Below are positions 29,598 to 41,341 of a DNA stretch of 64,000 nucleotides, piece by piece. Numbering within the stretch: position 1 is the first letter of the stretch; every line of letters begins with the position of its first letter. The notes below the pieces were generated by a model. That model ran no database searches and was not told the DNA's origin. It saw only the letters and a list, made by a program, of their open reading frames with translations. The position numbers and the translations under genes are program-made. Source of the stretch: Vulcanimicrobiota bacterium (GTDB lineage Bacteria; Vulcanimicrobiota; Vulcanimicrobiia; Vulcanimicrobiales; Vulcanimicrobiaceae); the NCBI GenBank assembly GCA_963812155.1, contig CAWETW010000001.1:768001-832000 (forward strand). Direction: 5' to 3'.

Positions 29598-32500
29598 TTA
29601 GATCTTGATGTTCGCCGTGATGTAGAACTGGAACGGGGTCTTGGTCGAGTTTCCGTCTTGGTTGAACGGTCCGAATATCGGGCTATACGGATACTTCACG
29701 ACCGGTTGGATGATCGAACCGTTGTGGCCGGCCGGGTTGAACTGGTTGCCGACCGGGAAGATTTCGCTTCCGAAACCGCCCGTGCCGTATCCGCAGACGT
29801 TACCGTTGTCGGACGTCCACGGAGCCTTCGTTCCACCCCAGCAGGTGTTGACGAGGTTCGCCAGCGTTCCGACTACGGACAGACGCGGGCTGACGTCGTA
29901 CGTCAACTGCAGGTTCAAGCCGAAGAAGTTCGGCTGCGTGAACGATCCCAGCGGATCGAAGACGCCGGTGTACGTGTTCGGAACGGCGCCGATGGATCCG
30001 CAGGAGAGCGCATCGTAGCGACCGCCTCCGTTGAATCCGGCAACGCCGGGCAAAACCGCGCCGCAAGCGGCCGGATCGAAACCGGGATTCGATTGCGGAA
30101 CGCCGTACTTGCCGCCGCCCGCGAACTGCAGCGACGGCGTGATCGCCCACTTGTTTGTCTTATAGTTCAAGATGAGCGATGCGGCGTACGGCACACCGTA
30201 GGAGGCAGCAGCAGAGCCGATACCGCCCGGGAAGATGTCGAACGTCGGGAACGCGGTGTTGGGATCGATCAGCCCTTGCGGATTCTTCCAATACGGATTG
30301 CCGACGTCGGCCGCCGTACAGTTGTAGACCGCAATGCCGGCCGTCGTGTAGCACGGCGCCGCCGGCTGACCGTTGGTGGTCGTGCCGCAGAACGGAACGT
30401 GATTTGCGCCGACCTTGCCGACGTACTTACCGCCCGGCGCGCACGCCTGGGTGTACGCGTTGTAGGCAGCGATCTGCTGGTTCGTTCCGCCGATGACCGT
30501 CGTGCCGTAGAGACCCGACGGCAGTTCGCCGTAGTGGATGTAGGAGTTGGTGTATGCGAACGACAGTTGCGCGGCAAATCCGTTCCGCGAGAAGTCGCCG
30601 TCTTGGAACTGGAACTCGACGCCTTGGCTGCGCTGGTTACCCGCGTTGAGACCGGAAACGAATCCGGTCTTCTGATCCAAGAAGAAGTTCTGGATCTGAT
30701 TCTGCGTTTGGCGCAAGAACGGCGTCAGCTTGAACGACATCTCCGTTCCGTTGAAGTGGTGCTCCCACGAAACGTCGTAGTTGATCGAGGTTGGCGGCGA
30801 GATCGGATAGCCCGGTGACGTGCGGCCGAACTGATAGAAGTTCGCCGCGTCGTACGCCGCCAGGTTTTCTTGCAGCGTGTTGTACTGCTCGAATGCCGCG
30901 TTTGGCGCTTGAACGTAACGGCCGAACGAGAAACGAACGACGTTTCCGGGGTTGACCGTGTACGTGCCGCTGAGGCGCGGCTGCCAAATCGGGTAGGTAA
31001 AGTTCGCCGGTGTATTTTGCCAGTTGGCGTTATGGAACCCGGACGGACACGGTTGCGTCGGGTTGAGTCCCAACGATGCCTTGCTCGTCGGCTTTCCGCT
31101 GACGTCGTTGATGCAGTTATCGAGGTTGAACGCATTCGTCCAGAAGGCTCTGGGCTGACCGGTGTCGGTGTTCGACCCGATGAACGTGAACGTGTCGAGA
31201 CGCACGCCGGCGTTGATCAGCCACTTATCGCTCGGACGCCACTCGTCGAGCAGCGAGGCCGAGAAGAACTGCGGGACGACTTGGTTGTACGTGGCGTGCA
31301 AGCCGTTCTCCGTGACGATGTACTCACACGGAGCGCCGCCGCACGTCAAACCGCTGACGTCCGGCACGGTACCGGATTGAATGGTACCGAACCGTACGCC
31401 GGAGCCGTTACATGCGACCGGCGACGCCTTGTTGCCCGTCGACGTCGACGGCGGAGCTGCGTAGCAGAGACCGCCGTACGGGTTGGCCGAGCTCACCACC
31501 GCAGCGGCCGTTTCGCCGCCGACGGCGTAGAACGAGTTGTTGTCGCGGACACTGTTGGCCGTAACGTACGACGCCTGCGCGCTGATCAGGTTCTGCGCGT
31601 TGATCTGATTCTGATACTGCAGGCTCAGACCGCGCGTGTGAGACGTGAGTTCGTAGTCGGGCGAACAGCAGCCGGCGAAGTCTGCATACGTGGTCTGCGG
31701 ACCGTTCTGCAGCCAGTCACTGTAGTACGTGTAGCCGTAGAGGCGCAAGAACGAGGTCGAACCGAAGTTCTTCGTGTATTGCACCTTCACGATTTCTTGG
31801 TTGTTCCAGATCGTGTCGCTGGCGGTGTCGGGAATCGTCTGGAACGGAGCCGTACGGTTTTGGCTGTTCGGGAAATAGTACGGCTTGACGCAGTTCTTCA
31901 GACCGTTCAGCCCCGACGCAGAAAACGCGCCGCCGACCGCTCCTGGACAGCTCCACGTCACGCTGTCGATGTAGACCGGTGCGCCGAGCCCGATGTTATT
32001 CGCACACTGCGCTCCGGTGATGTTTCCAGGGCAACCAGCCGTCGACGTGATGTCGTTGGTGGTCGAGTAGAAGTTGTTGTGCAACGACTCGCTGTCCCAC
32101 ATCACTTGGACGTCGTCTTTACCGGCGTCGTTCTTGTGCGGGATGCCCACGTGGAAGTTCGCTACGACGTCGCGAGCCGAAATGTTCGACAGCAACGCGT
32201 AGTTGAACGGGCCCATGAAGTATTGCCACGGCGCAGGCGCACCCACGAGATAGTTCGTCGTGGGGGCGTAGCTGATGTTCGGGGCGAGGCTCATGGGAGC
32301 GCCGACCCAATTGTCGTAGCTCGCGCCGTTCTGGTTGTCGACGTAGTTGAAGTCCTGGTTGTAACCGGCGACGCCGACGTAGTACGAGAACAGACGATCG
32401 GGCGTCGCGCCGCCGGCTTCCACCATCGCGCGATGGTAAAACGCCGGAGTGCCGATGCCGAGTTCGCCCGTGGCGTAGCCCGGATACGTACCGGTCTTGA

Positions 32501-33242
32501 TGACCTGGTTGATGTATCCCGACAGGCCTTGGCCCTCGGAGTTGGCCGGGTTCGCACCGGTGTAGACCTGGACTTCCGCGTTGCCCAGCGATGAAGCCGA
32601 GCTCGACGGATAGTTATCGAACGACCGGTTTACCGGAACGCCGTCAAACTCGTAGCCGACTTGGTCGTAATCGCCGCCACGGATCGAGACGGTTTGAAAG
32701 TAACCGGTTTGGTTGGCCGGGACGTACGCGCCCGGGACGCTGGCCACGGCCGAATAGGCCGAGTTCAGGCCGCCGCCGCCGCCCAGCACCGCCGCGGCTT
32801 TTTGCGCGACGGCATTGACCGAGTAGACGTCGGCCGTCGTACCCGATTTCACCAGCGAGCCGGCTCCGGTCGCGGAGACATGCGCGATGGTCTTGAGGCT
32901 ATGGAGCAGCCGGACGGTCGTCGTCTGCACCGTGTCGGCGAAAACGACTTGGCCCGGGATGCTGATCGATTGGTACGTGCTTTTTGCAACGGTGATTGTG
33001 TACGTGTCCGGCGGCAACACGAGGAACGTGAAGCGGCCGGCGGCGTCGGTAGTCCGGGTCGCGGTTTGCGACGGGCTTGCGACCGTCACGTCCGCCCCGG
33101 ATACGGGAGCGCCGGAATCGGCATCAACGACGGAACCGGTGAGACCACCCGTCGTGCCTGCCAGTGCCCATGTTCCCTGGCCAGCAAATGCGACGAGCAG
33201 TACCAGGGCGGTAACGACGTGCCGGAATGATTTCCGGATCAT
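29598..33242 (-). CDS. Large TonB-dependent receptor (Oar-like, Cys-rich loops)
   Basis: Signal, carboxypeptidase-like N-domain, IRGG...GYEFDGVP plug, GAGGAGG RBS. Confidence 0.85.
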   Translation of the reverse strand: MIRKSFRHVVTALVLLVAFAGQGTWALAGTTGGLTGSVVDADSGAPVSGADVTVASPSQTATRTTDAAGRFTFLVLPPDTYTITVAKSTYQSISIPGQVVFADTVQTTTVRLLHSLKTIAHVSATGAGSLVKSGTTADVYSVNAVAQKAAAVLGGGGGLNSAYSAVASVPGAYVPANQTGYFQTVSIRGGDYDQVGYEFDGVPVNRSFDNYPSSSASSLGNAEVQVYTGANPANSEGQGLSGYINQVIKTGTYPGYATGELGIGTPAFYHRAMVEAGGATPDRLFSYYVGVAGYNQDFNYVDNQNGASYDNWVGAPMSLAPNISYAPTTNYLVGAPAPWQYFMGPFNYALLSNISARDVVANFHVGIPHKNDAGKDDVQVMWDSESLHNNFYSTTNDITSTAGCPGNITGAQCANNIGLGAPVYIDSVTWSCPGAVGGAFSASGLNGLKNCVKPYYFPNSQNRTAPFQTIPDTASDTIWNNQEIVKVQYTKNFGSTSFLRLYGYTYYSDWLQNGPQTTYADFAGCCSPDYELTSHTRGLSLQYQNQINAQNLISAQASYVTANSVRDNNSFYAVGGETAAAVVSSANPYGGLCYAAPPSTSTGNKASPVACNGSGVRFGTIQSGTVPDVSGLTCGGAPCEYIVTENGLHATYNQVVPQFFSASLLDEWRPSDKWLINAGVRLDTFTFIGSNTDTGQPRAFWTNAFNLDNCINDVSGKPTSKASLGLNPTQPCPSGFHNANWQNTPANFTYPIWQPRLSGTYTVNPGNVVRFSFGRYVQAPNAAFEQYNTLQENLAAYDAANFYQFGRTSPGYPISPPTSINYDVSWEHHFNGTEMSFKLTPFLRQTQNQIQNFFLDQKTGFVSGLNAGNQRSQGVEFQFQDGDFSRNGFAAQLSFAYTNSYIHYGELPSGLYGTTVIGGTNQQIAAYNAYTQACAPGGKYVGKVGANHVPFCGTTTNGQPAAPCYTTAGIAVYNCTAADVGNPYWKNPQGLIDPNTAFPTFDIFPGGIGSAAASYGVPYAASLILNYKTNKWAITPSLQFAGGGKYGVPQSNPGFDPAACGAVLPGVAGFNGGGRYDALSCGSIGAVPNTYTGVFDPLGSFTQPNFFGLNLQLTYDVSPRLSVVGTLANLVNTCWGGTKAPWTSDNGNVCGYGTGGFGSEIFPVGNQFNPAGHNGSIIQPVVKYPYSPIFGPFNQDGNSTKTPFQFYITANIKI

Positions 33243-33377
33243 TAATACCTCCTCAGGTAGTTGTTATTGACAAGCAAAATCGGGCAAACCCGGCTGGGTT
33301 ACCCTCCTTCGCCCGCTGAGAACGCTAGTTCGCACTACCCGCTCCGCCTCCTTGAAAGAACGCTGAGATTTGGGGCC

Positions 33378-34285
33378 TCAGCCACGGGAAATCGCCGCGA
33401 TCGACTCCGTCAGCACGTCCAGGTCGTAACCGCCCTCTAGGACGTAGGCGACCCGCCCCCCGCAGAAGCGGCGCGCAGCATCCCGCAATTGCGCAGCCCA
33501 GCGCGCCGGCGGCCTCGCGGCCGACCCCCAGGTCGCCCACCGGGTCGCCTGCCGCGTAGTCGAAGCCGGCGCTGACCATGAGGAGATCGGGCCGGACCTC
33601 CGCGGCGACCTCCGGCAGCAGCGACCGCCAGGTCGCGACGAAGGCCTCGGTCGAGACGCCGCTCGCCGGCAAGCGGAACGTTCACGACGAGGTCCGAGCC
33701 GGTCTTATAGCTGTGCAGCCCGGTCCCCGGATAGGCCGGCGAGGCGTGCGTCGAGACGTAGGAGAGACCGTTTCCGGCGACGGCCTCGGTGCCGTTGCCG
33801 TGGTGATAGTCGAAGTCGACGATCAGCACCCGCCCGCCGGCGGCAGCCTGGAAGGCCCGCGCCGCGACGGCGACGTTATTGAAGATGCAGAACCCCATGC
33901 CGCGCCCGGGCTCGGCGTGGTGTCCCGGCGGACGAACCAGCGCGAAGACCGGCTCGCTGCCGGAGACGGCGGTCTCGGCGGCGACCACCGCCCCGCCGGC
34001 GGCGCGCAGCGCGACCGCCAGGGAGCCTGGTCCGACGAGGACGTCGCCGGTCGAGAGTTCCTGCGCCCTGACGAGGCCTGCGGTTTCCCGCTCGACGAGC
34101 TCGAGATACTCCGGCCCGTGCACGCGCAGTAGTTCTTCGTCGGTCGCGTCGCGCGCCGCAATTTCATCCTTCATGACGCCGAGAGCGCGCAAACGCGAAG
34201 CGACCACCTCCACGCGGTCGGGCGATTCGGGATGCCCTACGCCGCGAAGGTGGTCGCCGTAACGCGCGTCGGTGACGAACTTCAG
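33378..34285 (-). CDS. Histone deacetylase/acetylpolyamine amidohydrolase family; two frameshifts; probable CTG start
   Basis: HPESPDR, RPPGHHA, GFCIFNN, DFDYHHGNGT, SAGFD, LEGGY. Confidence 0.88.
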
Positions 34286-35801
34286 TGTTTGGGTTTCGCG
34301 CAGCCGCCGGACGCCGACTGTTGCACGCTGGCGTAGTCTTTCGTGCCTTTGCGCATCATCGGCAGCAGCCGCTTATACGTGGCCACCGCTTTCGCGCATT
34401 GGTTGGCATTTTGATACGACTTGGCGGCGATGTAGAGCAGCGTCGGATTCTGATCGAGAAAACCGTGCGCGTTCCGGTCGAGCGCGTCGAAGATTTTCGC
34501 CGCTTCCTTATAGTTCTTCAGTTCGAAGTCGGCGCCGGCAACGCATCCGAGCGTTTCGGGCGAGCGTTGGATCTCGAAGCTCTTTCCGCACGAATCGCGC
34601 GCGCTCGCGTAGTTATGCGCTTGCGAGTAGGCTTGACCCAGCAGCGCGAAACCCTGCGCGTCGGGCGAGACCTGCGTGTAGTGCTTCAGGTATCCGATGC
34701 TGTCGGTGACGTGTCCGCTCTGCATCGAGATTTCGCCGAGGCCGAGCAGCGCTCCGGGATTGTCCGGATCGATCGCAAGCGCCGCTTGGAATTTGGCGCC
34801 CGCTTTATCCCATTGGTGCACCGACGCATAGTAGTTACCGTACGCGACGAACGGCCCGGCGACTTTCGGATACTGCGTCGTTGCCTGCTGCAGAATCGCT
34901 TCGCCTTGCGCGGTCTTCTTCTCGCCGACGAAGTAGCTGGCTTTGCGCACCATGATCTGCGCTTTTTCGTCGTCGCTGGACGCCGCGACGATCGCGTCGT
35001 CGTAGGCGGCCGACGCCTGCGCGTCGTCGTGCTGCTTCGCGTAGAGATCGGCCTTGTACACCAGCGCTTGGACGCTCTTCGGGATCGATCATCAGCGCGC
35101 GGTTGATCGTCTGCAAGCGCCATCGGAATGTTGTTTTGCTGCGCGTACGTCGTCGCGATCTGGAAGATCGGCGCCGTATCTTTGGGATTGAGATTGTAGG
35201 CCAACTCGAACTGCGCGCGCGCATCGTCGAACTTTTGCTCGGACGCATAGATGCTGCCGAGCGTTTCCAGCGCGACGGGTTCGGTCTTGTTGAACGTCAC
35301 CGCACGCTTGGCGACGCGTTCGGCGTCGGCGGCGCGATTGGTTTTCAGATAGATCTCGGAGAGCTGCGCGAGCACGCCCATGTTGGTTGGGTCGAGGTTC
35401 GAAGCTTGTTCGAGATCGTAGGTGGCGCCGCGGGAATCGCCGCCTTGTTCGCGAGCAAAGCCGTCGTAGTAGTAGACCTGCGCGGTCTTGTCGCCCATTT
35501 GCAAGAGATGCGTCGTGAGTTGGAGCGTCAGTTCCGGCCGGTTGATTTGCAAGAACTGCGCGGCCAGCTCGGACATCGCTTGCTGGTCGTTGGGATTGGC
35601 CTTGAGCTTCGCTTCCAGTCGCGGTATCGCAACGCTTGGCGGCTCCGGACTCGCGGTCGGCAGCGCCGAGGGCGACGGTGAGGGTGACGGCGTCGAGGAT
35701 TTGCCGCCGAACAATCCGGCTTGTGCCGAAGGGCTGGTCGCGGCAAAGGCGGCGAGCGCGCATCCGAGCGCGACGATGGTTGTAAGAACGAGTCGTTTCA
35801 T
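34282..35801 (-). CDS. Secreted tetratricopeptide-repeat protein; frameshifts ~35080-35115
   Basis: Signal peptide; TPRs in both ORF halves. Confidence 0.82.
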
Positions 35802-35818
35802 GGTTCCTTTTGGTGTGC

Positions 35819-36796
35819 TCATGCTTTGGCGGCTTCGATTAATTGAGTGAGTTGCGGGACGATCGCAAACGCGTCGCCCACGACCAGCAAATCGGAAAAC
35901 TCTCCGATCGCGGCGCTGCCGTCTTTGTTGATCGCAACGATCGTGCCCGACGAGCGCATCCCGACTTTGTGCTGAATCGCGCCCGAAATGCCGACCGCGA
36001 TATAAAGGTTGGGAGTCACCGTTTTTCCCGTTTGTCCGATTTGCAGGCTGTACGGCACCCACCCCGCATCGGCCGCGGCGCGCGACGCGCCCATGGCACC
36101 GCCGAGCGCACGCGCGAGAGGCTTCAGCAACGCATCGAAAGGTTCCGGCCCGCCGAGCCCCCGGCCCCCTGCTACGACGACCGGAGCCTCCTCGAGTGCG
36201 AGTTCCCCCGAGCCTTCTTCGACGTCGTTTTCCACCAGGGCGGCGTAGGTTTTACCGGAGGGCTTTGCGAGCGGGCGAACCTCTGCGCCATTTCCGCCGG
36301 GCGCAGCCGCAAAGGCGTTCGCCCGGACGGTCGCGATGCCGTAATCGGCGGGCTTGATGGCGCACACGGTGACGAGCGCGCCGCCCATCTTCGGCGACGT
36401 GCAGTCGACGCGGCCGCCATCGACGGCAAAGTCGGTGACGTCGGCGGCGATGCCCGCATTTAAACGCGCCACCAAACCGCCCGCGACGTCGCGACCGGAC
36501 AGCGTGTTCGGCACGAGCAGCAGCGCCGGGCCCGTTTCGCGGGCCACGGCCTCGACGTAATCGACGACCGGATCGAGCAAATAGCGATCGACGTCGGCGT
36601 CTTCGTTGACGTGAACCACGTCGAGCGGATACCGCGCCAACCGTTCGGCCAGCGCCGCGGCCCCGGCACCCAGCACGACGGCGTGCGCCTTGCCGCCGAG
36701 CGCGCCGGCCAAAACCCGCGCCTGCGTCGCCATTTCGTAGGTGACTTTGCGCGTGTTGCCGTTGCGATGCTCGGCGTAAACGATGACGTCTTTCAT
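35819..36796 (-). CDS. etfA: Electron transfer flavoprotein alpha subunit
   Basis: [35 protein letters not shown]. Confidence 0.95.
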   Translation of the reverse strand: MKDVIVYAEHRNGNTRKVTYEMATQARVLAGALGGKAHAVVLGAGAAALAERLARYPLDVVHVNEDADVDRYLLDPVVDYVEAVARETGPALLLVPNTLSGRDVAGGLVARLNAGIAADVTDFAVDGGRVDCTSPKMGGALVTVCAIKPADYGIATVRANAFAAAPGGNGAEVRPLAKPSGKTYAALVENDVEEGSGELALEEAPVVVAGGRGLGGPEPFDALLKPLARALGGAMGASRAAADAGWVPYSLQIGQTGKTVTPNLYIAVGISGAIQHKVGMRSSGTIVAINKDGSAAIGEFSDLLVVGDAFAIVPQLTQLIEAAKA

Positions 36797-37578
36797 ACGA
36801 GCTTCTTCTCTTTGAGAAAGTCGAAAATGGCTTGCGCGCCGCTCGCACCGTCGGCCGCCTCGACCGTTCGACCCTTGCCGCGCACCGGCGGCGGTGCGAA
36901 ATGCTCGAGTTGCAGCTTCGATCCGCTGGTGCCGACCGCGCGATCCAGGTCGAGGTCCGCCAACGTCATCGGTGCAATCGTCTTTTTCTTCGCCCCCATG
37001 ATGCCTTTGAGCGACGCGTAACGCGGTTCGCCGAACGTGAGCGCCGTCGTCAGCAGGGCGGGCAGCGGTCCGCGAACGATCTGAAAACCGCCGTCGGTCT
37101 CGCGCTCGACGCGCAACGCATGTCCTTCGATTTCAACCTTACGGGCGTTGGTGATGCACGGAAGTCCCAAATACTCGGCCAGTGCACCCGGAACGGCGCC
37201 GGTGCTGCCGTCGTCGGTCAATCCTCCGACGACGAGCAGATCGAAGCCGGTTTTCTGCAACGCCCGCGACATCGCGTACGCAGTTGCCCACACGTCGCTT
37301 CCTTCTAAGCCAGCGTCGCTGAGGTACACCGCATCGTCGGCGCCCATGGCAAGCGCTTTGCGAAGCGTTTCCCGCAACGCTTCGGGCCCCATGCTGAAGA
37401 CCGAGACCGTCGCGTCGCCGCTCCGCTCCTTGAGTTGCAACGCCGCTTCGAGCGCGTATTCGTCGTAGGGATTCAGCACCGTCTCGACACCCGAGCGAAC
37501 GAGACGCTTGGTCGCCGGATCGATGCGCTTCTCCGCATTGGGATCCGGCACGAGTTTGACCGTTACCACGATCTTCAC
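36793..37578 (-). CDS. etfB: Electron transfer flavoprotein beta subunit
   Basis: NPYD.YALE.A, ALAMGAD, EPRYAS.KGIM.AKKK. Confidence 0.95.
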   Translation of the reverse strand: MKIVVTVKLVPDPNAEKRIDPATKRLVRSGVETVLNPYDEYALEAALQLKERSGDATVSVFSMGPEALRETLRKALAMGADDAVYLSDAGLEGSDVWATAYAMSRALQKTGFDLLVVGGLTDDGSTGAVPGALAEYLGLPCITNARKVEIEGHALRVERETDGGFQIVRGPLPALLTTALTFGEPRYASLKGIMGAKKKTIAPMTLADLDLDRAVGTSGSKLQLEHFAPPPVRGKGRTVEAADGASGAQAIFDFLKEKKLV

Positions 37579-37721
37579 GTGGACTACCGACCTCCGAGGA
37601 AGGGGGTTGGGAAAGAACCTGGCGCTATTGGTCCCGGCACAAGGCCGCCCCTGCCGCCAAGATGAATTTCCGATGAAGCCGAGCGCAAGGTCAGCCGCGC
37701 CGCGCTCAGAAGCCGGGCCGA

Positions 37722-39591
37722 ATGCATCGGAGCGCGATCTTGATACTTTTGGCACTCGCCGGCACGCCCGCAGCGGCATGGGCCGGCTCGCCGGCACCCG
37801 TCACGCTGGTGCTCGACGCGTCGCAGGCATCCCGGGGCATCCTCTATGCCCACGAGCGGATTCCCGTCTCGCCGGGTCCGCTGACGCTCGTCTATCCCAA
37901 GTGGATACCGGGCGAACACGCGCCGTCCGGGCCGCTGAACGATCTTGCCGCGATGCGCGTCGCCGCAAACGGCGTTGCGCTCGACTGGCGGCGCGATCGC
38001 ATCGATCTCTACGCATTTCACGTCATCGTGCCGCCGGGCGCCGCCGCGGTGGACGTCGACTTCGACGTGCTCCTCAACGCGCCGGGCGACGTTATGTCGA
38101 CGCGCTCGCTGACGATCGTAAACTGGAATCGCGCGTTGCTCTATCGCGAGGGCACCGACTCCCACGACGCTCAATTCAAACCGTCGATTCTGCTACCCGA
38201 CGGCTGGCAATATGCGACCGCGCTGCGCGATCCGGTGCAATCGGGCAATCGCGTCGAGTTTGCGGTGACGCCGCTCAATCATCTCGTCGATTCGCCGCTC
38301 GACCTCGGGCGCTTTGCGAAGAAATGGGATTTATGGAAAGACGGGTCGTCGTTCGTGCAGCTCGACGCGTTCGCCGACGACCCGCAAGACCTCGACATAC
38401 CGGCGGAACTGTTGCAAGCCTATCGCCGCCTGCCGGCCGAGGCATTCGCAATGTACGGGTCGCGTCATTTCATCGACTATCACGCACTGCTCGCGCTCAG
38501 CGATGCGATCGCCTCGGACGGCATCGAGCACCACCAGTCGAGCGACAATCGCGCGGCGACGCGATTTTCTGACGGATCCGTCGCAGTCGCTCTCCGGAGG
38601 CGACCTCATACCGCACGAGTTCTCTCATTCATGGAACGGCAAGTACCGGCGTCCGGAGGATCTGACGACGCCGAACTTCCAAGTGCCGATGCAGACCGAT
38701 CTCTTGTGGGTTTACGAGGGCATGAACCAGTATCTCGGCGACTTGCTCTCGTTCCGGTGCGGCATTCGCGAACCCAAAGCGTTCCCCGAATATCTCGCCT
38801 CGGTGTATGCCGGCATGGATTTAGAATCGGGCCGCGCGACGACGCCCCTCATCGACGTGACGACCGGCGCACCGTATTACTATTTGGCGCACGGCGACTA
38901 CGATTCCATTCGCCGGAACTCCAACGACTTTTATAACGAAGGCGAACTCCTTTGGCTCGACGTCGATACGATCGTGCGTGCGCAATCGCACGGCACGCGT
39001 TCGCTCGAGACGTTCCTGCACCGTTTCACCGAACCGTCCACCACCGGACCGGTCGTCGTGACGTACACGCGCGAGCAGATCGAAGCGCTCCTTAACGCCG
39101 TCGAGCCCTACGACTGGCACGAGTTCTTCGAGCGTTACGTGTACCGTCCGGCACCGCATCCGCCCACCGACGAACTCGAACGCGCCGGCTGGCGTCTCGC
39201 GTATACGGCGACGCGCAACGAGTTCGTCACGGCCGGCGACGGAGAGGATAGCATCTCGGGATGGTACGCCTACGGAGCGAACCTCACCACGCAAGGCGTC
39301 GTCCGCGACGTCCGCACGAACTCGGCGGCGTGGCGCGCGGGGCTCGTACCGGGAATGACGATTCTCGCGGTCGACGGTCAGCAGTTTTCCGCCGGCGTCC
39401 TCGAATACGCCGTGCGGCGCGCGCAGCATGCGAGCGCGCCGATTGCGCTGATCGTCAAACAGACGGGTTGGTACCAGACGCTGTCGCTCGACTATCACGA
39501 CGGCGTGCGCTATCCGCATCTCGAGCGCATCGAGAGCACGCCCGACATGCTCGCTTCAATCGCCGCTTCTCGGGTGAAGGCGCCACCGTAA
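37722..39591 (+). CDS. M61 glycyl aminopeptidase with PDZ domain; frameshift ~38560
   Basis: YPKWIPGEH, GIEHHQS, HEFSHSWNGKYRRP, LLWVYEG. Confidence 0.9.
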
Positions 39592-39625
39592 CGCCGTCAT
39601 CGTTAGCGGAGCTACTTTGGGGTGC

Positions 39626-40078
39626 TTATTTGCCGTCGGCCCAGGCCCAAGCCGTGATACGCCAACCGGCGGGCGTATTTTTCACGACGAGCGTCCACGT
39701 CGAGCCCGTCTGCGTCGTCGGCTTTCCGCGATGGTTGAACGTATACGTCGTCGGCACGACGACGTAGGCGACGTTTCCCGTGACGTTCACGTGGATCGGC
39801 GTGCCAAGGTTGATCCTTGCATCCGTGTCACCGTCCTGCTTTGAGAAGGCGACGAAGGCATCGTACCAGACGCTGCACGACATCCAGGCGTGCGGCGGAA
39901 AATCATCGATGATGGCCGTCGCGGAAGCGCAGGCGGCCTGCATACCCTTTACGCTGGCGGCATTGAAGCCGTCGGTAAACTGACGGACCGCCGTCATTGG
40001 GCCGGCGGGCGTTGCGGCGATCGTGAAAGCCGCAAGGATAAGCGACGACGCGATAACTCTCGTACGGCAGAAGCGCAT
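39626..40078 (-). CDS. Secreted NTF2/SnoaL-like protein
   Basis: F.DGFN, IIDDFPPH.W, AYVVVP, GWRI.AWAW. Confidence 0.8.
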   Translation of the reverse strand: MRFCRTRVIASSLILAAFTIAATPAGPMTAVRQFTDGFNAASVKGMQAACASATAIIDDFPPHAWMSCSVWYDAFVAFSKQDGDTDARINLGTPIHVNVTGNVAYVVVPTTYTFNHRGKPTTQTGSTWTLVVKNTPAGWRITAWAWADGK

Positions 40079-40130
40079 TGTAGAATCCTCTCGATTTTGG
40101 GATGACCGTGCGCGTACCTCATGGAGTAAA

Positions 40131-40164
40131 CAGTTTCCTTGGAAGGCCGGGAGTGAACCCGGAC
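40131..40164 (-). repeat. Degenerate copy of tRNA-Leu 3' end plus flank (att-like)
   Basis: CAGTTTCCTTGGAAGGCCGGGAGTGAACCCGGAC vs 41333-41368, about 30/36 identical by manual alignment. Confidence 0.7.
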
Positions 40165-40518
40165 ATACATCAATTGGAAACGATTTAGATGATCGTTCCT
40201 CCACCGTGCGCCTCAACGTCGACAAATCCGTTCGGGCAAGCGTATTTTTTCAACCCATGCGAGAAACTTCCGCGGTGGCATGCTGACGCTGCTCGTTCGG
40301 ATTTCGTCTGGACCGAATGTGGATACACCGGCAACCCGCTACGTTGGTTAGCGTAGGCCGGCGTAACGACTACGTCTGCGGCGTACCGCTAACGTGCCCC
40401 GGACCCGAGGCATTGGGAAGCCTTGGCGACGTTGGCATACCCAGCGGTTATGCAGTAGCCCCCGCTGGCTCGTCTAGCGCCGGGGCTTCATTTTAACTTA
40501 ACCGCCGGAGCGCCCCAG

Positions 40519-41184
40519 CTAGAGGTTCACCCAGCTACCGTTCCGCAACACCTCAACCTTTGTAATCGGTTCGATTTCCCACGGCGTCGCAGTTCCGCCG
40601 TGGGTTTCGCTAAATGACTCTTGATCGTATAATAACCAGCCGGTAATGCGGATACGATTGCCCCCTGCAACGCCGCGCAGATTCACCGGTCGCCACGACG
40701 TATAGGCGGCGCGCCAACGGGGCGTTATTTCGCCAAGAATAATTTGCTGGCCGTTTGTTACGCCGGGTCGCTGAGCCAGAAAGAGTTCAACATCTTCATC
40801 GCTTGGCTGCGTCGATCCGCAATTGCTCGGCTCGCCCGTTTCGCGCGCGACCTGCAGAATGTAACCGGTGAACACAGCGCCCTGGGCCTCATGCGGTTCA
40901 ATCGTCGCGCGTGCGGACGGGGGCCAGTTCGCGCGCATGGCGGGCGTGCCGACGGGTAGCTCCGGCAGCTGTTTCATACCGGCAACGGTGATCGGATTGG
41001 CAGATGCCGGCGCGGTGCTGCGGTTCTTGAGAGTGTTTACTTGCGGGTCCCCGCCGGAGCCGTGCGCGGGACAGCCTGCGAAAGAACCGGATGCGACGGC
41101 GTTCGGAGCGGCCGAAGCCGGCATTAAGGTCGCAAGAACAATGGCAGCGACCACGGCAGCGATCGAGTGATGGGGAACGTACAT
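40519..41184 (-). CDS. Secreted hypothetical protein (OB-fold-like)
   Basis: Signal peptide, GGAGG RBS, CP..G.GGDP..N.LKNR, GWLLYD, WEIEPIT. Confidence 0.75.
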   Translation of the reverse strand: MYVPHHSIAAVVAAIVLATLMPASAAPNAVASGSFAGCPAHGSGGDPQVNTLKNRSTAPASANPITVAGMKQLPELPVGTPAMRANWPPSARATIEPHEAQGAVFTGYILQVARETGEPSNCGSTQPSDEDVELFLAQRPGVTNGQQIILGEITPRWRAAYTSWRPVNLRGVAGGNRIRITGWLLYDQESFSETHGGTATPWEIEPITKVEVLRNGSWVNL

Positions 41185-41341
41185 CGTCCCTACCTCCTCC
41201 GCTTAACATTCGCTTGACCCAAGGTCGCGTCCCTCATCGGCCCGTCCGAGATGCAACCTCACCTGAACTCGGATGGCAACGCAATGGCAATCGGGGCGAA
41301 AATGGCCACGCGAGAAACGCTGTAATAACGGCCAGTTTCTA

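Noticed and set aside
33243..33324. c-di-GMP riboswitch (GGCAAACC) before the large TonB receptor
   Set aside because: Motif is on the opposite strand and the rest of the consensus is absent.
40098..40108. TGGGATGACCG as a further tRNA-Leu att copy
   Set aside because: 10/11 match only; not significant alone.
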